A stretch of 64,000 bases of DNA from NCBI RefSeq assembly GCF_963921235.1, contig NC_086097.1, forward strand, positions 18,106,001-18,170,000, written 5' to 3'. Shown here one piece after another: positions 37,701 to 50,339 of the stretch. The position numbers and the translations under genes were made by a program. Source of the stretch: Mobula hypostoma. Lineage: Eukaryota. Under the pieces are notes generated by a model. It ran no database searches and was not told the origin of the DNA. It saw only the letters and a list, made by a program, of their open reading frames with translations. Numbering within the stretch: position 1 is the first letter of the stretch; every line of letters begins with the position of its first letter.

Positions 37701-39775
37701 AAGTTTAATTGGATCAAAGATTTCCTTAAGGAAAGGACAATTCAAGTAAGAATAGGCGGAATAAGCTCCAAGTCAGTTAAAATAGGTAATGGTACTGCTC
37801 AAGGAAGTGTCATTAGTACAGTTCTTTTTAATGTCATGATAAATGATATCTTTGATCAGGTAGGGACAGGATTTGGTAAATCATTGTTTGCAGACGATGG
37901 TGCAATCTGGAAAGGAGGAAGAAACATCAAGTATATATTAAGTCAGGTACAAAAGGCTTTTTAAGATCAGTTAAAAACTGGGCTAATAAATGGGGTTTCA
38001 GGATTTCTGCTTCTAAGTCCAAATATGATTTTTGGCTTTAGAAGAAAGATTCCTGATTGTGAATTGTCTATGTGATTCTCCACTAGAAAAAGTCAAGGTA
38101 TTCAAGTTTTTAGGTGTCTGGTTTGATGAAAGACTTACTTGGAGGGTTCATATAGATAAAACAATTGGAAAGTGTGAGAAAGTTTTAAATATTATGAGAA
38201 GTATTGTTGGATGCGACTGTGGAGCAGGGTGGGAAACTTTGTACTTAATATGTCTAGCTATGATTAGATCAGTTATAGATTATGGTTGTATTGCTTATGG
38301 TTCTGCTGCTACGGCAGTGCTTGGAAAACTAGACACTGTGCAGTCCAAAGCACTTAGACTCTGTTGCAGAGCTTTTAGAACAGTATCAGCCCCGGCATTA
38401 TGTGTGGAGATGGGAGAAGTTCCTCTGCATTTAAGACGAATTCAGTTGGGCCTGCAGTATTGGGCAAAACTAAATGGATTCAGTAACAGCTGTCCACCAA
38501 AGTGTCTTTTGCAGGGGAAGTTGGAGCGCCAAGGTAAAATTAAGATACCCATTTTTAGATTGGGTTAATAACTGGGCTGTGAAATTGAAACTGACTGAGG
38601 AAGACATAGTTGACCAAATTTGCTTGCCACCTGTCCCTTTTTGGCTTTTTCTAGAACCAGAAGTAGACCTATTCCTCCTTTTTCAGCTTCAAGGAAACAG
38701 TGCAATTTCATCAGCGTTGATCACAAATGAATATTTAAATAATAAATGAGGATCTTATCTGAAGATTTTTACTGATGGCTCAGTGGACCCAGAGAGCAGT
38801 AGGGCAGGATTTGGGATGTACGTGTCTCAACTTGGAGTTAAGATTGGTCACTGGGCTTCAGATGGTGTTTCTGTCTTTGCAACAGAATTATTAGCAATCC
38901 TCTGGGCCTTGTGGTGGATAGAAGACTCTCGACCATGTAGGGTTATCATCTGTTCGGATTCTGCTGCTGTCTTAGAGGCTATAAAAGGGAGTAAATCAAA
39001 ATCTTGTCCTGACATAGTTATTGAGATTCTCTTAGTATTGTTTAGAGTAGGGAAGATGGGTTGTGCAGTTAGATTTTCATGGATACCTGGGCATGCTGGG
39101 GTGGAGGGAAATGAAATTGTGGATGGCATTGCAAAATCTTCCTTGCAGAGCGGGCAGGTAGAAATTAGAGTTCCCCTAGGCAGAGCAGAATTGAGAAGTA
39201 AGATTAAAAAAAGTATAGAGAAGAAGTGGCAGGAGGATTGGAAGAATGAATTAAGGGGCAGGCATTATTTTTCTAGTCACCCACTAGTTAAAAAGGTCTC
39301 AGACTGTTACCTTTTAAGTCGTAGAGATATGGTGAAATTTACAAGACTTAGGTTGGGGCATTGTGGGCTAAACTATTATTTAAAGATAATAGGAAAACAT
39401 CCTACTGGATTATGTGACTGTGGTAGTCCAGAAACAGTCCAACATGTTTTGCTGAGCTGTAATCGATACAAAATTGAAAGAAGCATGTTGTTCAAGAGGC
39501 TATCTGGCTTAAATTTATTTTGGTTTTCTATTAAATCTTTGGCCATCAAGAGAATCAACATCTGATTGAAGAGTCTATTATTCAGTTTATATGTGAGACT
39601 AGGTTGTATTTGAGAATTTGAGTTCCTTGAAGTTCTATAATTAATTATACATCCTGTGGAGGGCTGGGTGTTGGGCCAGACTGCCAGTTGGGGCCGTTGA
39701 TTGAGTGGGTGGGGACTCTGGCGTGGAGGAGCCTAGTAGTTTGGAAAGGGTTAGTTTGTAGCCTATGGAAGAAGA
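31756..39775 (+). mobile_element. Second Nimb-like LINE with ~370-bp terminal direct repeats, interrupted by CR1
   Basis: ORF1 knuckle CYDCQTFGHVAGSC (35183-35677); APE (35860-36798); RT LFADDGA (36909-37964); RNase H FTDGS...WIPGHAGVEGNEIVD (38770-39565); 15-bp TSD at 31741-31755 / 39776-39790. Confidence 0.9.
31886..34450 (+). mobile_element. CR1 LINE, 5'-truncated within the endonuclease
   Basis: VVMGDFN, ILDLVL and GGGDH (APE); RT ORFs 32691-34367; interrupts the Nimb repeat exactly at TTTTCTA|TTAAATC. Confidence 0.92.
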
Positions 39776-40682
39776 AGAGGGGTGGCCAGTGTGTGAATGG
39801 CTCAGGGTACGAGTGGAGCATTGAGGCTTTGGCGAGCAGAGGTTGCGGACGAGCTTGCTCCCAGTGAGGTAAGGCTGGGTAAGTACCTTTAATTAATTTA
39901 ATTAACTTAGGAGTAGGTAATGGAGGCAGCAGTTAGGGCGGCTGAGTGCTCCATATGCAGGATGTGGAAAGTCAGGGACAGCACAATTGGCCTGATGACT
40001 ACACCTGTAAAAGGTGCATCCAGCTGCATCTCCTAACAAACCGATTTGGGGGAACAGGAGCTGGAGCTGGATGAAGTTTGGATCATTCATGAGGCAGAAA
40101 TAGACAGGAGTTTCAGGGAGACAGTCACCCCTAAAAGTCAGAAGGCAGGTAGCTGGGTGACTGTCAGGAGAGGGAAGGGGAATAGACAGAAAGAGCAGAG
40201 CACCCCTGTGGCTGTTCCCATCAACAATAAGTATACCCTTTTGAATACAGTTGGTGGGGACAACCTACCAGGGACAAGTTGTAGTGGTCGCGTCTCTGGC
40301 ACCGAGACTGGACCCTCAGCTCAGAAGGGAAGGATGGAAAAGAGGAGAGCAGTAGTGATAGGGGATTCGATAGTTAGGGGAACAGATAAGAGGTTCTGTG
40401 GGAGAGATTGAGAATCCTGGATGGTCTGCTGCCTCCCTAGTGCCAGGGTCCGCCATATCTCGGATCGAGTTCTTGGTATTCTCAGGAGGGCGGGTGAGCA
40501 GCCAGATGTTGTGGTCTACGTAGGGACCAATGACGTGGATAGGAAGGAGGAGGAGGTCCTGCAAAGAGTTTAGGGAGTTAGCTGAAAAGTTGAAGGACAA
40601 GACCTCCAGGGTTGCAATCTCAGGATTGCTATCAGTGCCATGTGCTAGTGAGGCTAGAAATAGGAAGATAATGCAACTAAAT

Positions 40683-41158
40683 CAGTTTGCTGATGACACA
40701 ACAATTGTAGGCCGTATCTCGGGTAATGATGAGTTTGAGTACAGAGAGGAAATTAAGAACCTGGTGGCATGGTGTGAAGACAATAACCTATCCCTCAACG
40801 TCAGCAAGATGAAGGAATTGGTTGTTGACTTCAGAAGGAATAGTGGACCGCATGACCCAATTTACATCAGTGGTGCGCAAATGGATCACAAATGACCTGA
40901 CTTGGTCCCACCAAGCAGAGTTCACTGCCAAGAAGGACCACCAGCGCCTTTACTTCCTGAGAAAACTAAAGAAATTTGGCCTGTCCCCTAAAACCCTCAC
41001 TAATTTTTATAGATGCACCATGGAAAGCATTCTTCTAGGGTGCATCACAACCTGGTATGGAAGTTGTCCTGTCCAAGACCAAAAGAAGCTGCAGAAGATC
41101 GTGAACACGGCGCAGCACATCACACAAACCAATCTTCCGTCTGTGGACTCACTTTATA
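40683..41158 (+). mobile_element. Rex1/Babar internal fragment replacing part of the CR1
   Basis: FADDTTIVGRIS...QRLYFLRKLKK; no tail or TSD; CR1 resumes inside its endonuclease. Confidence 0.8.
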
Positions 41159-42677
41159 TGGGTGGAGCTGAGGAACAGGAAAGGTGTGACCACATTAATA
41201 GGGTTGTATTATCGACCGCTCAATAGTCAGAGAATTGGAGGAGCAAACCTGTAGAGAGAGAGCAGACCGATGCAAAAAAGACAAAGTTGTAATAGTAGGG
41301 GATTTTAACTTTCCACATATTGACTGGGACTCCCACACTTTGAAAGGGCTAGATGGCTTGGAGTTTGTTAAATATGTTCAGGAAAGTTTTCTAAATCAAT
41401 ATGTAGAGGTACCTACGAGAGAGGATGCAATACTTGATCTCCTATTAGGGAACTAGACAGGTCAGATGACAGAAGTATGTGTAGGCAAATATTTTGGGTC
41501 CAGTGACCATAATGTCATTAGTTTCAAGTTAATTATAGATAAGGATAGGTCTGGTTCTCAAGTTGAGGTTCTAAATTGGAGAAGGGCCAATTTTGTGGAA
41601 ATGAGAAAGGATCTAGGAAGAGTGGATTGGGATAAATTGTTTTCTGGCAAGGATATGTTCAGTAAGTGGAAAGGCTTCAAAGGTGAAATTTTGAGAGTGC
41701 AGAGTTTGCATGTTCCTGCCAGGATTAAAGGCAAAGTTAACAGGCATAGGGAACCTTGGTTTTCAAGGGATATTTGGTTAAGAAAAAGAGAGAGGTGTAT
41801 AGCAGGTATAGGCAATAAAGAACAAATGAGGTACTTGAAGAGTATAGAAAATGTAAGAAAATACTAAAGAAGGAAATCAGGAAGGCAAAAAGAAGACATG
41901 AGGTTGCTTTGGCAGATAATGTGAAGGTAAACCCGAAGGGTTTCTCCAAGTATATTAAGAGTAAAAGGATAGTAAGGGACAAAATTGGTCACCTAGAAGA
42001 TCAGCGTGGTCGTCTATGTGTGAAGCCTCACGAGATGGGGGAGATCTTAAACAGTTCTTTTGCATCAGTATTTACTCAGGAAACTGGCATAGCGTATATG
42101 GAAGGAAGGGAAACAAGCAGTGGTGTCATGGAACATACAGAGATTAAAGAGGAGGAGGTGCTTGCTGCCTTACAGTGAATAAAGGTAGATAAGTCCCCCG
42201 GGCCTGACATGATATTTCCTTGGATCTTGAGAGAGACTAGTGTAGAAATTGCAGGGGCCCTGGCAGAAATATTTAAAATGTCCTTAGCCACAGGTGTGGT
42301 GCCAGAGAATTGGAAGGTAGCTCATGTTCCGTTGTTTAAGAAAGGCTCCAATAGTAAACCAGGTAATTACAGGCTGGTGAGCTTGACATCAGTAGTAGGT
42401 AAATTATTGGAAGGTGCTCTGAGAGATCAGACATACAAGTATTTGGACAGCCAAGGGCTGATTAAGGATGGTCAGCATGGCTTTGTGTGCGGTAGATCAT
42501 GTTTAACGAATCTTGTCGATTTTTTTCAAGGAGGTTACCAAGAAAGTAGACGAAGGAAAGGCTGTGGATGTTGTCTACACGGACTTTAATAAGACCTTTG
42601 AAAAGGTCCCACACGGGAGGTTAGTTCAGAAGGTTCAGACACTAGGTATCCATGGAGAGGTAGTAAACTGGATTCAA

Positions 42678-43333
42678 TATCACAAATGACCTGACTTTGT
42701 CCAACCAAGCAGAGTCCACTGCCAAGAAGGCCCACCAGCGCCTTTCCTTCCTGAGAAAGCTGAAGAAATCTGGCCTGTCCCCTAAAACCCTCTCAAATTT
42801 TTATTGATGCACCATAGAAAGCATTCTTCTAGAGTGCATCACAACCTGGTATGGAAGTTGTCCTGTCCAAGACCGGAAGAAGCTGCAGAAGATCATGAAC
42901 ACAGCACATCACACAAACCAATCTTCCGTCCGTGGACTCACTTTACACCGCACGCTGTCGGAGCAGTGCTGCCAGGATAATCAAGGACACGACCCACCCA
43001 GTCAACACACTTTTCATTCCTCTTCCCTCCGGGAGAAGGCTCAGGAGCTTGAAGACTCATACAGCCAGATTTGGGAACAGCTTCTTTCCAGCTGTGATAA
43101 GACTGCTGGATGGATCCTGACCCGGATCTGGGCCATACCCTCCAAATATCCGGACCTGCCTCTCGTTTTTTTTTCGCATACCTTACTTTCCCTTTTCTAT
43201 TTTATATTTATGATTTATAATTTAAATTTTTAATATTTACTATTGATTTGTAATCCAGGGAGCGCGAAGCGCAGAATCAAATATCGCTGTGATGATTGTA
43301 TGCTCTAGAATCAATTGTTTGGTGACAAAGTAA
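42678..43333 (+). mobile_element. Rex1/Babar LINE 3' fragment
   Basis: LPSGRRLRSLKT...NSFFP; (AAAGT)n tail; 16-bp TSD AGTAAACTGG(A/T)TTCAA at 42662-42677 / 43334-43349. Confidence 0.88.
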
Positions 43334-46034
43334 AGTAAACTGGTTTCAAAATTGGCTGTGTGGGAGAAGGCAGAGAGTGGTAGTGGATGATTGCTTCTCA
43401 GACTGGAGGCCTGTGACTAGTGGTGTGCCTCAGGGATCTGTGCTGGGACCATTGTTGTTTGTTGTCTATATCAATGATCTAGATAACAATGTAGTAAATT
43501 GGATCAGCAAGTTTGCTGATGACACTAAGATTGGAGGCATTATGGACAGCGAGGAAGGCTTTCAAAGCTTGCAGAGGGATTGGGACCAACTGGAAAACTG
43601 GGAAAAAAAATGGCAGATGGAATTTAATACAGGCAAGTGTGAGGTGTTGCATTTTGGAAGGACAAATCAAGGTAGGGCATACACAGCAAATGGTAGGGCA
43701 CTGAGGAGTGCGGAGGAACAAAGAGATCTGGGAGTTCAGATACATAATTCTCTGAAAATGGCGTCACAGGTAGACAGCATTGTAAAGAAGACTTTTGGAA
43801 TCCTGGCATTCATAAATCAAAGTATTGAGTATGGATGTTATGGTGAGGTTGTATAAGACATTGGTGAGGCCAAATTTGGAGTATTGTGTGCAGTTCTGGT
43901 CACCTAACTATAGGAAGGATATCAGTAAGATTGAAAGAGTGCAGAGAAGATTTACTAGGATGTTGCCGGGTCTTCAGGAGTTGAGTTACAGGGAAAGATT
44001 GGACAGGTTAGGACTTTATTCCTTGGAGTGTAGAAGAATGAAGGGGGATTTGATAGAGGTTTACAAAATTAAGGGGTATAGACAGAATAAATGCGAGTAG
44101 GCTCTTTCCACTTAGATTAGGAGAGATAAATATGAGAGGACATGGCTTTAGGATGATAGGGGAAAGGTTTAAGGGAAACTTCACTCAGAGTGGTAGGAGT
44201 GTGGAACGAGCTGCCATCTAACATGATAAATGTGGGCTCACTCTCAAGTTTAAGAATAAATTGGATAGATACATGGATGGGAGAGGTCTGGAGGGTTATG
44301 GACTGGGTGCAGGTCAATGGCACTAGCAGATTAAAGTTTCAGCACAGACTAGAAGGGCCGAATGGCCTGTTTTCTGTGCTGTAGTGTTCTGAGGTTCTAA
44401 TAGGTTGAGCAAACTTGGCCTTTTCTCCTTGGAGTGACGTAAGATGAGAGGTGACCTGATAAAGGGTTATAAGATGATGAGAGATGTTGATTGTGTGGAT
44501 AGTCAGAGGCTTTATTCCAGAGCTGAAATGGCTAACATGAGAGGGCACAGTTTTAAGGTGCTTGGAAACAGGTACAGAGGAGATGTCGGGGTAAATTTTT
44601 TACGCAGAGAGTGGTGAGTATGTGGAATGGGCTGCCGGCGACAGTGGTGGAGGCAAATACAATAGGGTCTTTTAAGACACTCTTAGATAGGTACATGGAG
44701 CTTAGAAAAATAGAGGGCTATGGGTAACCCTAAGTAATTTCTCAAGTAAGTACATGTTCAGCACAGCATTTTGGGCCGAAGGGGCTGTATTGCGCTGTAG
44801 GTTTCCTGCTTCTACATCTCAAAGAAGTCTGCGTTTGTAGGTTAATTGTAACTTGCTTCTAGTGTGTGATGAATGGTGGAATCTGGGAGATGACAATTTG
44901 AAGAAAATAAGTCTCAGAGAAAATATGTTTGAAAATAGGATGGCTGGGTGAGAATGCAGACTTGATACACTGAAGTGACCATCTTCTATATTCAATGGGA
45001 ATCCTATCCAGTAACAGGGAGCATACAATGATAGAAATTTATGCCTCTGAAGAAGGCAATTCAGCCATTATTTTTATGATGCCAAAATGAACTTTAGGTC
45101 TATCTCACTTCCCAGGTCTTCTGTAGTCAAGGCCCTGCAGGTTCTGGCTTTTCAGTTGCATTTTAATTATGATGCTGATTTCTTTCTCCATTAGCCTGTC
45201 AGTCACTGAGCTCCAGTCACTTGAATGAAATAATCTTTTCTTAACCCCTCCTCTAATCGTTCCCAATGATCAATTTCAATCAATGGTGTTCTGGTTCCTA
45301 ACATGAGTGCCTGAAAGAATCATGGATCTGCCTTCTCCAGAGCAGGGGTTCTTAACCTGGTGTCCATAGGCCCTTGGGATTCTGTGGATAGGTTCCAGGG
45401 AATCTGTGAACTTGGACGGAAAAACATTTACATCTTTATTTTCACTAACCTCTAACTTAAATTTAGCATTTCCTTCAATTATGAATCTAGGCAACAAACC
45501 ACAGTAGTATTAGTAGTACCTGTGACTTAGTCACCAATAGAAATCACAGATATTTTCATATCATATTACAGTGATTAAAAGTACCTCAAAATGTCCTTTA
45601 TGGCACCCTTATCACTATTTCAGAATTATGCTAATTATTAGACCTGCTGCTAGATTGAACGTGATCGCAGTTCTCCTGTCTGCAGACCCTTGAATGATGC
45701 AGGTGGCCAACTATAGGACAGCCTATCATTCAGCCACCAAACAGTGAAGTGTGTCCTCTCATTTGTGACCCAGACATCTGCGTTGTTCTCCATCATTCTC
45801 TATCTCCAGTTGCTTGTTGATCAACGTGTAGGAGGTGAGTCACTTTTATTGTTTGTTAAAGTTTTGCAAAACTGGACCATTCAATTGAGAATTCTTAACT
45901 CTCCAAAATGCCACACAGCCCTTTGTAATACTGATAGGCATGCACACTGAGTGTGAAACAGGGAAGTTCAAACATGTTTGACAGTTGGGATAACTGCTGA
46001 AGTATGTTATTTAAGGTAACATTTTATTACTTTA

Positions 46035-46527
46035 AGGCTGCATCACTGTCTGGTATGGGGTGGGGGCTACTGCACAGGACTGAAAGAAGCTTCAGGGGGT
46101 TGTAATTGAGTGGGCTCCATGTTGGGCACTAGTCTACAAAGTAGCCCAGGACATCTTCAAGGAGCGGTGTCTCAGAAAGGCAGTGTCCATTATTAAGGAC
46201 CTCCAGCACCCAGGGCATGAACTTTTCTCACTGTTACCTTCAGACAAGAGATGCAGAAGGCTGAAGGCACACACTCAGTGATTCAGGAACAGGTTCTACC
46301 CCTCTGCCATCCGATTCCTAAATGGACATTGAACCCTTGAACACTACCTCACTTTTTTAATATATATTATTTTCTGTTTTTTTTTGCATGATTTTGTCTA
46401 TTCAATATACATATACTGTAATTGATTTACTTATTATTTTTTCTATATTATGTATTGCATTGAACTGCTGCTGCTACATTAACAAATTTCACGACACATG
46501 CCGGTTATAATAAACCTGATTCTGATT
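46035..46527 (+). mobile_element. Rex1/Babar 3' fragment nested in the hAT element
   Basis: Matches the 3' end of 449-2372 and 61826-63008; CCTGATTCTGATT tail. Confidence 0.85.
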
Positions 46528-46769
46528 ATAGCTGTTGTAAGCGTTGTAAGTTTGGTGAGCAGCAAAGGTTCTTTCTATTTTTTTGTTTTTCTCTACATAC
46601 TTCCTTTATGTACATCGCTTGTGTGGGACTCTACAGCCACAACACACCGCTCTAACACCGTCTGAAGCAAGACTTTCCAGGCGTAGATCCATGGTCTCGC
46701 GAGACTAACGGATGCCACCACATAACTCCTTATCAAACAAGTTACTTAAAATCAATATGAAAATGTTGA

Positions 46770-47275
46770 GTTTCAAAGTTCAAGCTCGTAGCACTAGATG
46801 TTTCAATCCTTTTGATAAGCAGATCCTAACTTGGGTCATAGCATAGAGATCTTGAGGTGGGTAGCAGATGCTTCCTAGGGGTCATCAGGTGGGCACTCCC
46901 CTTCTTAGATGTTTCGTCAACTTAAGCCCACAACATTTTCTATGTTTACATCTCCAGAGGGCTCAACAGTGCGACCTGGTATCCCAGGTGCACCCCTCTT
47001 CACATCTGGCCACCCATAGGACATTTTAGGGCCCAGCTGCCATCACTCCTCTTCATACATAACCAGTGACTGCTTCACTCAGCTGCCTCCGAAGATTCCT
47101 TTTATAGCTTGCCCCGGCCCTGGCCTCAGACTCCTAATCCCTTCAGCAATCTGACCATGGAAATAGCCACAACTCCTCTGCAGCCAACCGCTACTGGGAA
47201 ACTCTGCACCTTCCATCCACACTGCTTAGTGTCCACGGCCAACTCGGTGTATCTTAACATGTTTCTGCTCAGTTG
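46770..47275 (-). mobile_element. Hero-like RLE retrotransposon 3' fragment
   Basis: RYTELA...GWKVQSFPVAVGCRG in ORF 47126-47335, homologous to the RLE tail at 4633-5064. Confidence 0.65.
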
Positions 47276-47305
47276 AGTCAAATATTTTATTTTAGGTTTA
47301 TATAT

Positions 47306-48192
47306 TGTTACGTAACCAGCAACAATGAATATCAATCAAGACAGGTTATATAAAAACAACCAAACATTTATTAAACACAGATAAACGATGAGAAAAAAAA
47401 CAAATGAAGACCTTAACCGGAAGTTAACCATTATGCAGCCGTTCAACAAATCGTCACTTGGCACTGGATCTTAAAGCGTTAAATGCGAGAACAGTTTTTA
47501 AGGCGATAAAGTCAGATATAGTTCTTAAAATGGTAAATTCGAAAGTCCAACAGATTTATACGTTCAATTGGGAGAGACTTCTCTGGAGAAGTATTTCTTC
47601 ATAGACGCGACTTTCCTGCAGGTTCTGTCCAAAGGATTCACGATGCAGTAAATAAACGGTTTTAAACAACTGACCTTAATTTCTTTGAGAGAGCAAACCT
47701 TTGCACGAACTCTTTTCTCTTTTGGCAAGAGTTATCCTCGATGCAGGTCGCCACTCCTTCAACAAAGACTCAATAAGGTCGATCCTTTGTTAAGCTGCCG
47801 AACGATGCCGACTCCTCTCAATCCTTCGGGTCCTGTACTTCGATAAAGTCTTCACGCTCCCTTCTACTGCTGGAATAGGGTAAATCAGCACATCTAGCAA
47901 AAATTTCCAGTCCAATGATATTGTATCTTGCAACAGAACGTAACAACCGTTTTAAAAATGAAACTGCGTCAAAAAAACAAATACACAACAGAAACGGGGA
48001 GACAGTGCGCTCTACCTGGAAATCTAAAATCTTAAAAACTACCTGCGTCATCTGTGATCTTCCCTTTATATACCCGTGGTGCACATGTCGTCATGTGACC
48101 TCACATCGGCGGGAAAATTACGTCAGGTGACCTCCAAAAGACCATTACATCATTCTCACAAGAAAAACCAGATCTTCTTGAGGCACGTAACA
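47306..48192. mobile_element. Solo LTR (887 bp)
   Basis: Perfect 8-bp terminal inverted repeat TGTTACGT...ACGTAACA; 4-bp TSD ATAT at 47302-47305 and 48193-48196. Confidence 0.85.
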
Positions 48193-50025
48193 ATATTTTA
48201 TACTTTTTGCAGACCCAGTTTAAGTTGACGAGTCAAAAAAAAAGGAAGTATGATGGAAAAAGTTGAGACACTTCCTAAACTTGGATTTACCATTTCACAA
48301 AACCCATTTTTTTTTCAGAAACATCCTTTAAAGTTGCTTACTGGATTTTCAAACAAAGGAAGGCCCACACTTGAGTAAAGTTATGTGCACAGGAAATAGT
48401 CAAGTTGATTTATGAGGAACTGAGGAAGAAACTGGAAAGTGGTTCCCCATTAAAGTGATGTGATACGTTCCAGAATAGTTGATATTTCTTTTAACATTTT
48501 GAAGCAGGTCATTGAGGAATTGGCAGCCTTGCAATTCCCATTCAGTGTGCAACTGGATGAAACTACAGACATCTCTCAATGTAGTCAGCTCCTTGTTTTT
48601 GATCATTATGCACTTGCTGATGCCATCAAGGAAAACTTAGTTTGTGAGTCTCTTTTGGAAACTACAAAGACTGTTGAAGTTTTGGAAATGGTAAAAGGAT
48701 TTTTTTTTGCCAAACAAATCTTTGACTGGAAAGAAAACCTTCATACTGTTTGCACAGATGGAGTTCCTCCGATGCTTCGTAATACTGCAGGTTTTGTACT
48801 TTTAGTGAAAAAGGAAGCTCCTCACATCATTGTCACTCATTGTTTTTTTAACATGACATGCACAGGCAACAAGGCTCTTCCAACAAACTGGAAAGAAATT
48901 TTGTCAACAGCTGTAAAAGTCATCAACTATATTAGAAGCATTAGAAAAATAGAGGGCTATAGGTAAGCCTAGTAATTTCTAACGTAGGGACATGTTCGGC
49001 ACAACTTTGTGGGCCGAAGGGCCTGTATTGTGCTGTAGGTTTTCTATGTTTCATTCTCTGAATAATTGCATTTTAAAAAGACTTTGTCAAAAAATGGGTG
49101 CAGAATATGAAGTACTTCTCTACCACACATGTTTGCTGGCATGCAAGAGGACAAACCTTGAAGCACTTGTTTGAACTAAGGACAGAAGTTTCCCTTTTTC
49201 TGGAAAAAAAAGATCTACTCTTAGAACAGTTTGAAATAAAAGACTCTATTCATGAGTTGACTTACCTGGCAGATATATTTAACTATATGAATGAAATAAA
49301 TCTTTCAGTTCAAGGTTCTGAAGTCACCATTATGGATGCTACTGAAAAATTACAAGCTTTCTTGGCTAAGCTACTGATATGAAAGAAGCAAGTAGAGGCC
49401 AACATCTTTGCAAACTTTCAAATGCTGCAGGAAATACTTAAACAAGATGGAGTTGAGATACAAACTTATCTGTCAGTTTCTTTGAAGAGAGACATCTGCA
49501 AACACTGGAAACACTTCAGAAATCTTTCAAAAGTTATTTCCATTTTGATGGCATTAAAATTGAACCATGGATCTGCAATCCTTTTCTTTCGAATATAAAC
49601 TATGTATCAAATGCTGATCCAGCCAAAGATGAACTCATTGATCTTAGGATACAGCTTACAGCAAATGGAATTTAGCTCAAAAAGCTTTGGAGAATTCTGG
49701 TGTTCCTTGAGAGAAGCCTATCCTTGACTTGTAAAGTGATCTATGGAAGCTTTAATCGAATTTGCAACACCATATATCTGTGAATCAGGATTTTCTACAC
49801 GTAACCATTAAAGCAAAAAATCAAAATTGATCAGATGTCCAATATGACATGTGCTGCTTTGTCAAAGACCACCAACAGTTTAATGTTCTTATTCAAGTTA
49901 AGCAACAGCCTTCCCACTGATATGCCTTTGAAGAAATAAAATTTAATTTTAACTTACCTATATTTTAAATGTATAGTTTTAAATGTATTTGTTATTTAAT
50001 GTGTTAATAAAGAAGCACATATATT

Positions 50026-50339
50026 TAAGGCATCCGTTAGTCTTGCGAGATCATGGATCTGCGCCTGGAAAGTCTTCACTCTCCAGGGCGCAGGCCTGGG
50101 CAAGGTTGTATGGAAGACTGGCAGTTGCCCATGCTGCAAGTCTCCCCTCTCCACGACACCAATGTTGTCCAAGGGAAGGGCATTAGGACCCATACAGCTT
50201 GGCACCAGTGTCGTCGCAGAGCAATGTGTGATTAAGTGCCTTGCTAAAGGACACAACATGTTGCCTTGGCTGGGGCTCGAACTCATGACCTTCAGGTCGC
50301 TAGTCCAATGCCTTAACCACTTGGCCACGTGCCCATGAG
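50026..50339 (-). mobile_element. tRNA-derived SINE with intact Pol III boxes
   Basis: Minus strand GGGCACGTGGCCAAGTGGTTAAGGC (A box)...GAGTTCGAGCC (B box); 11-bp TSD GCACATATATT at 50015-50025 / 50340-50350; its 3' tail recurs at 46670-46717 (+). Confidence 0.88.

Larger units (their letters stand above)
39776..44398 (+). mobile_element. Near full-length CR1 LINE with ORF1 (zinc finger + SGNH esterase-like) and ORF2, internally disrupted
   Basis: ORF1 from ~39920 (ECSICRMW...YTCKRC; AVVIGDSIVRG; VGTND); ORF2 remnants [18 protein letters not shown] and KFADDT (41235-44100). Confidence 0.88.
25789..44805 (+). mobile_element. Outer CR1 3' fragment split into 25789-26252 and 44399-44805 by an ~18-kb nest
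   Basis: Reading ...MPCEN|RLSKLGLFSLE... continues across the gap (GAGAAT|AGGTTGAG). Confidence 0.8.

Noticed and set aside
48460..49382. Domesticated ZBED/SCAND3-like gene
   Set aside because: Multiple stops and frameshifts, a CR1 tail inserted at ~48939-49031, and flanking TIRs/TSD show a dead transposon.
50255..50334. tRNA gene
   Set aside because: A and B boxes belong to a SINE head that continues into a SINE body and is flanked by a TSD.
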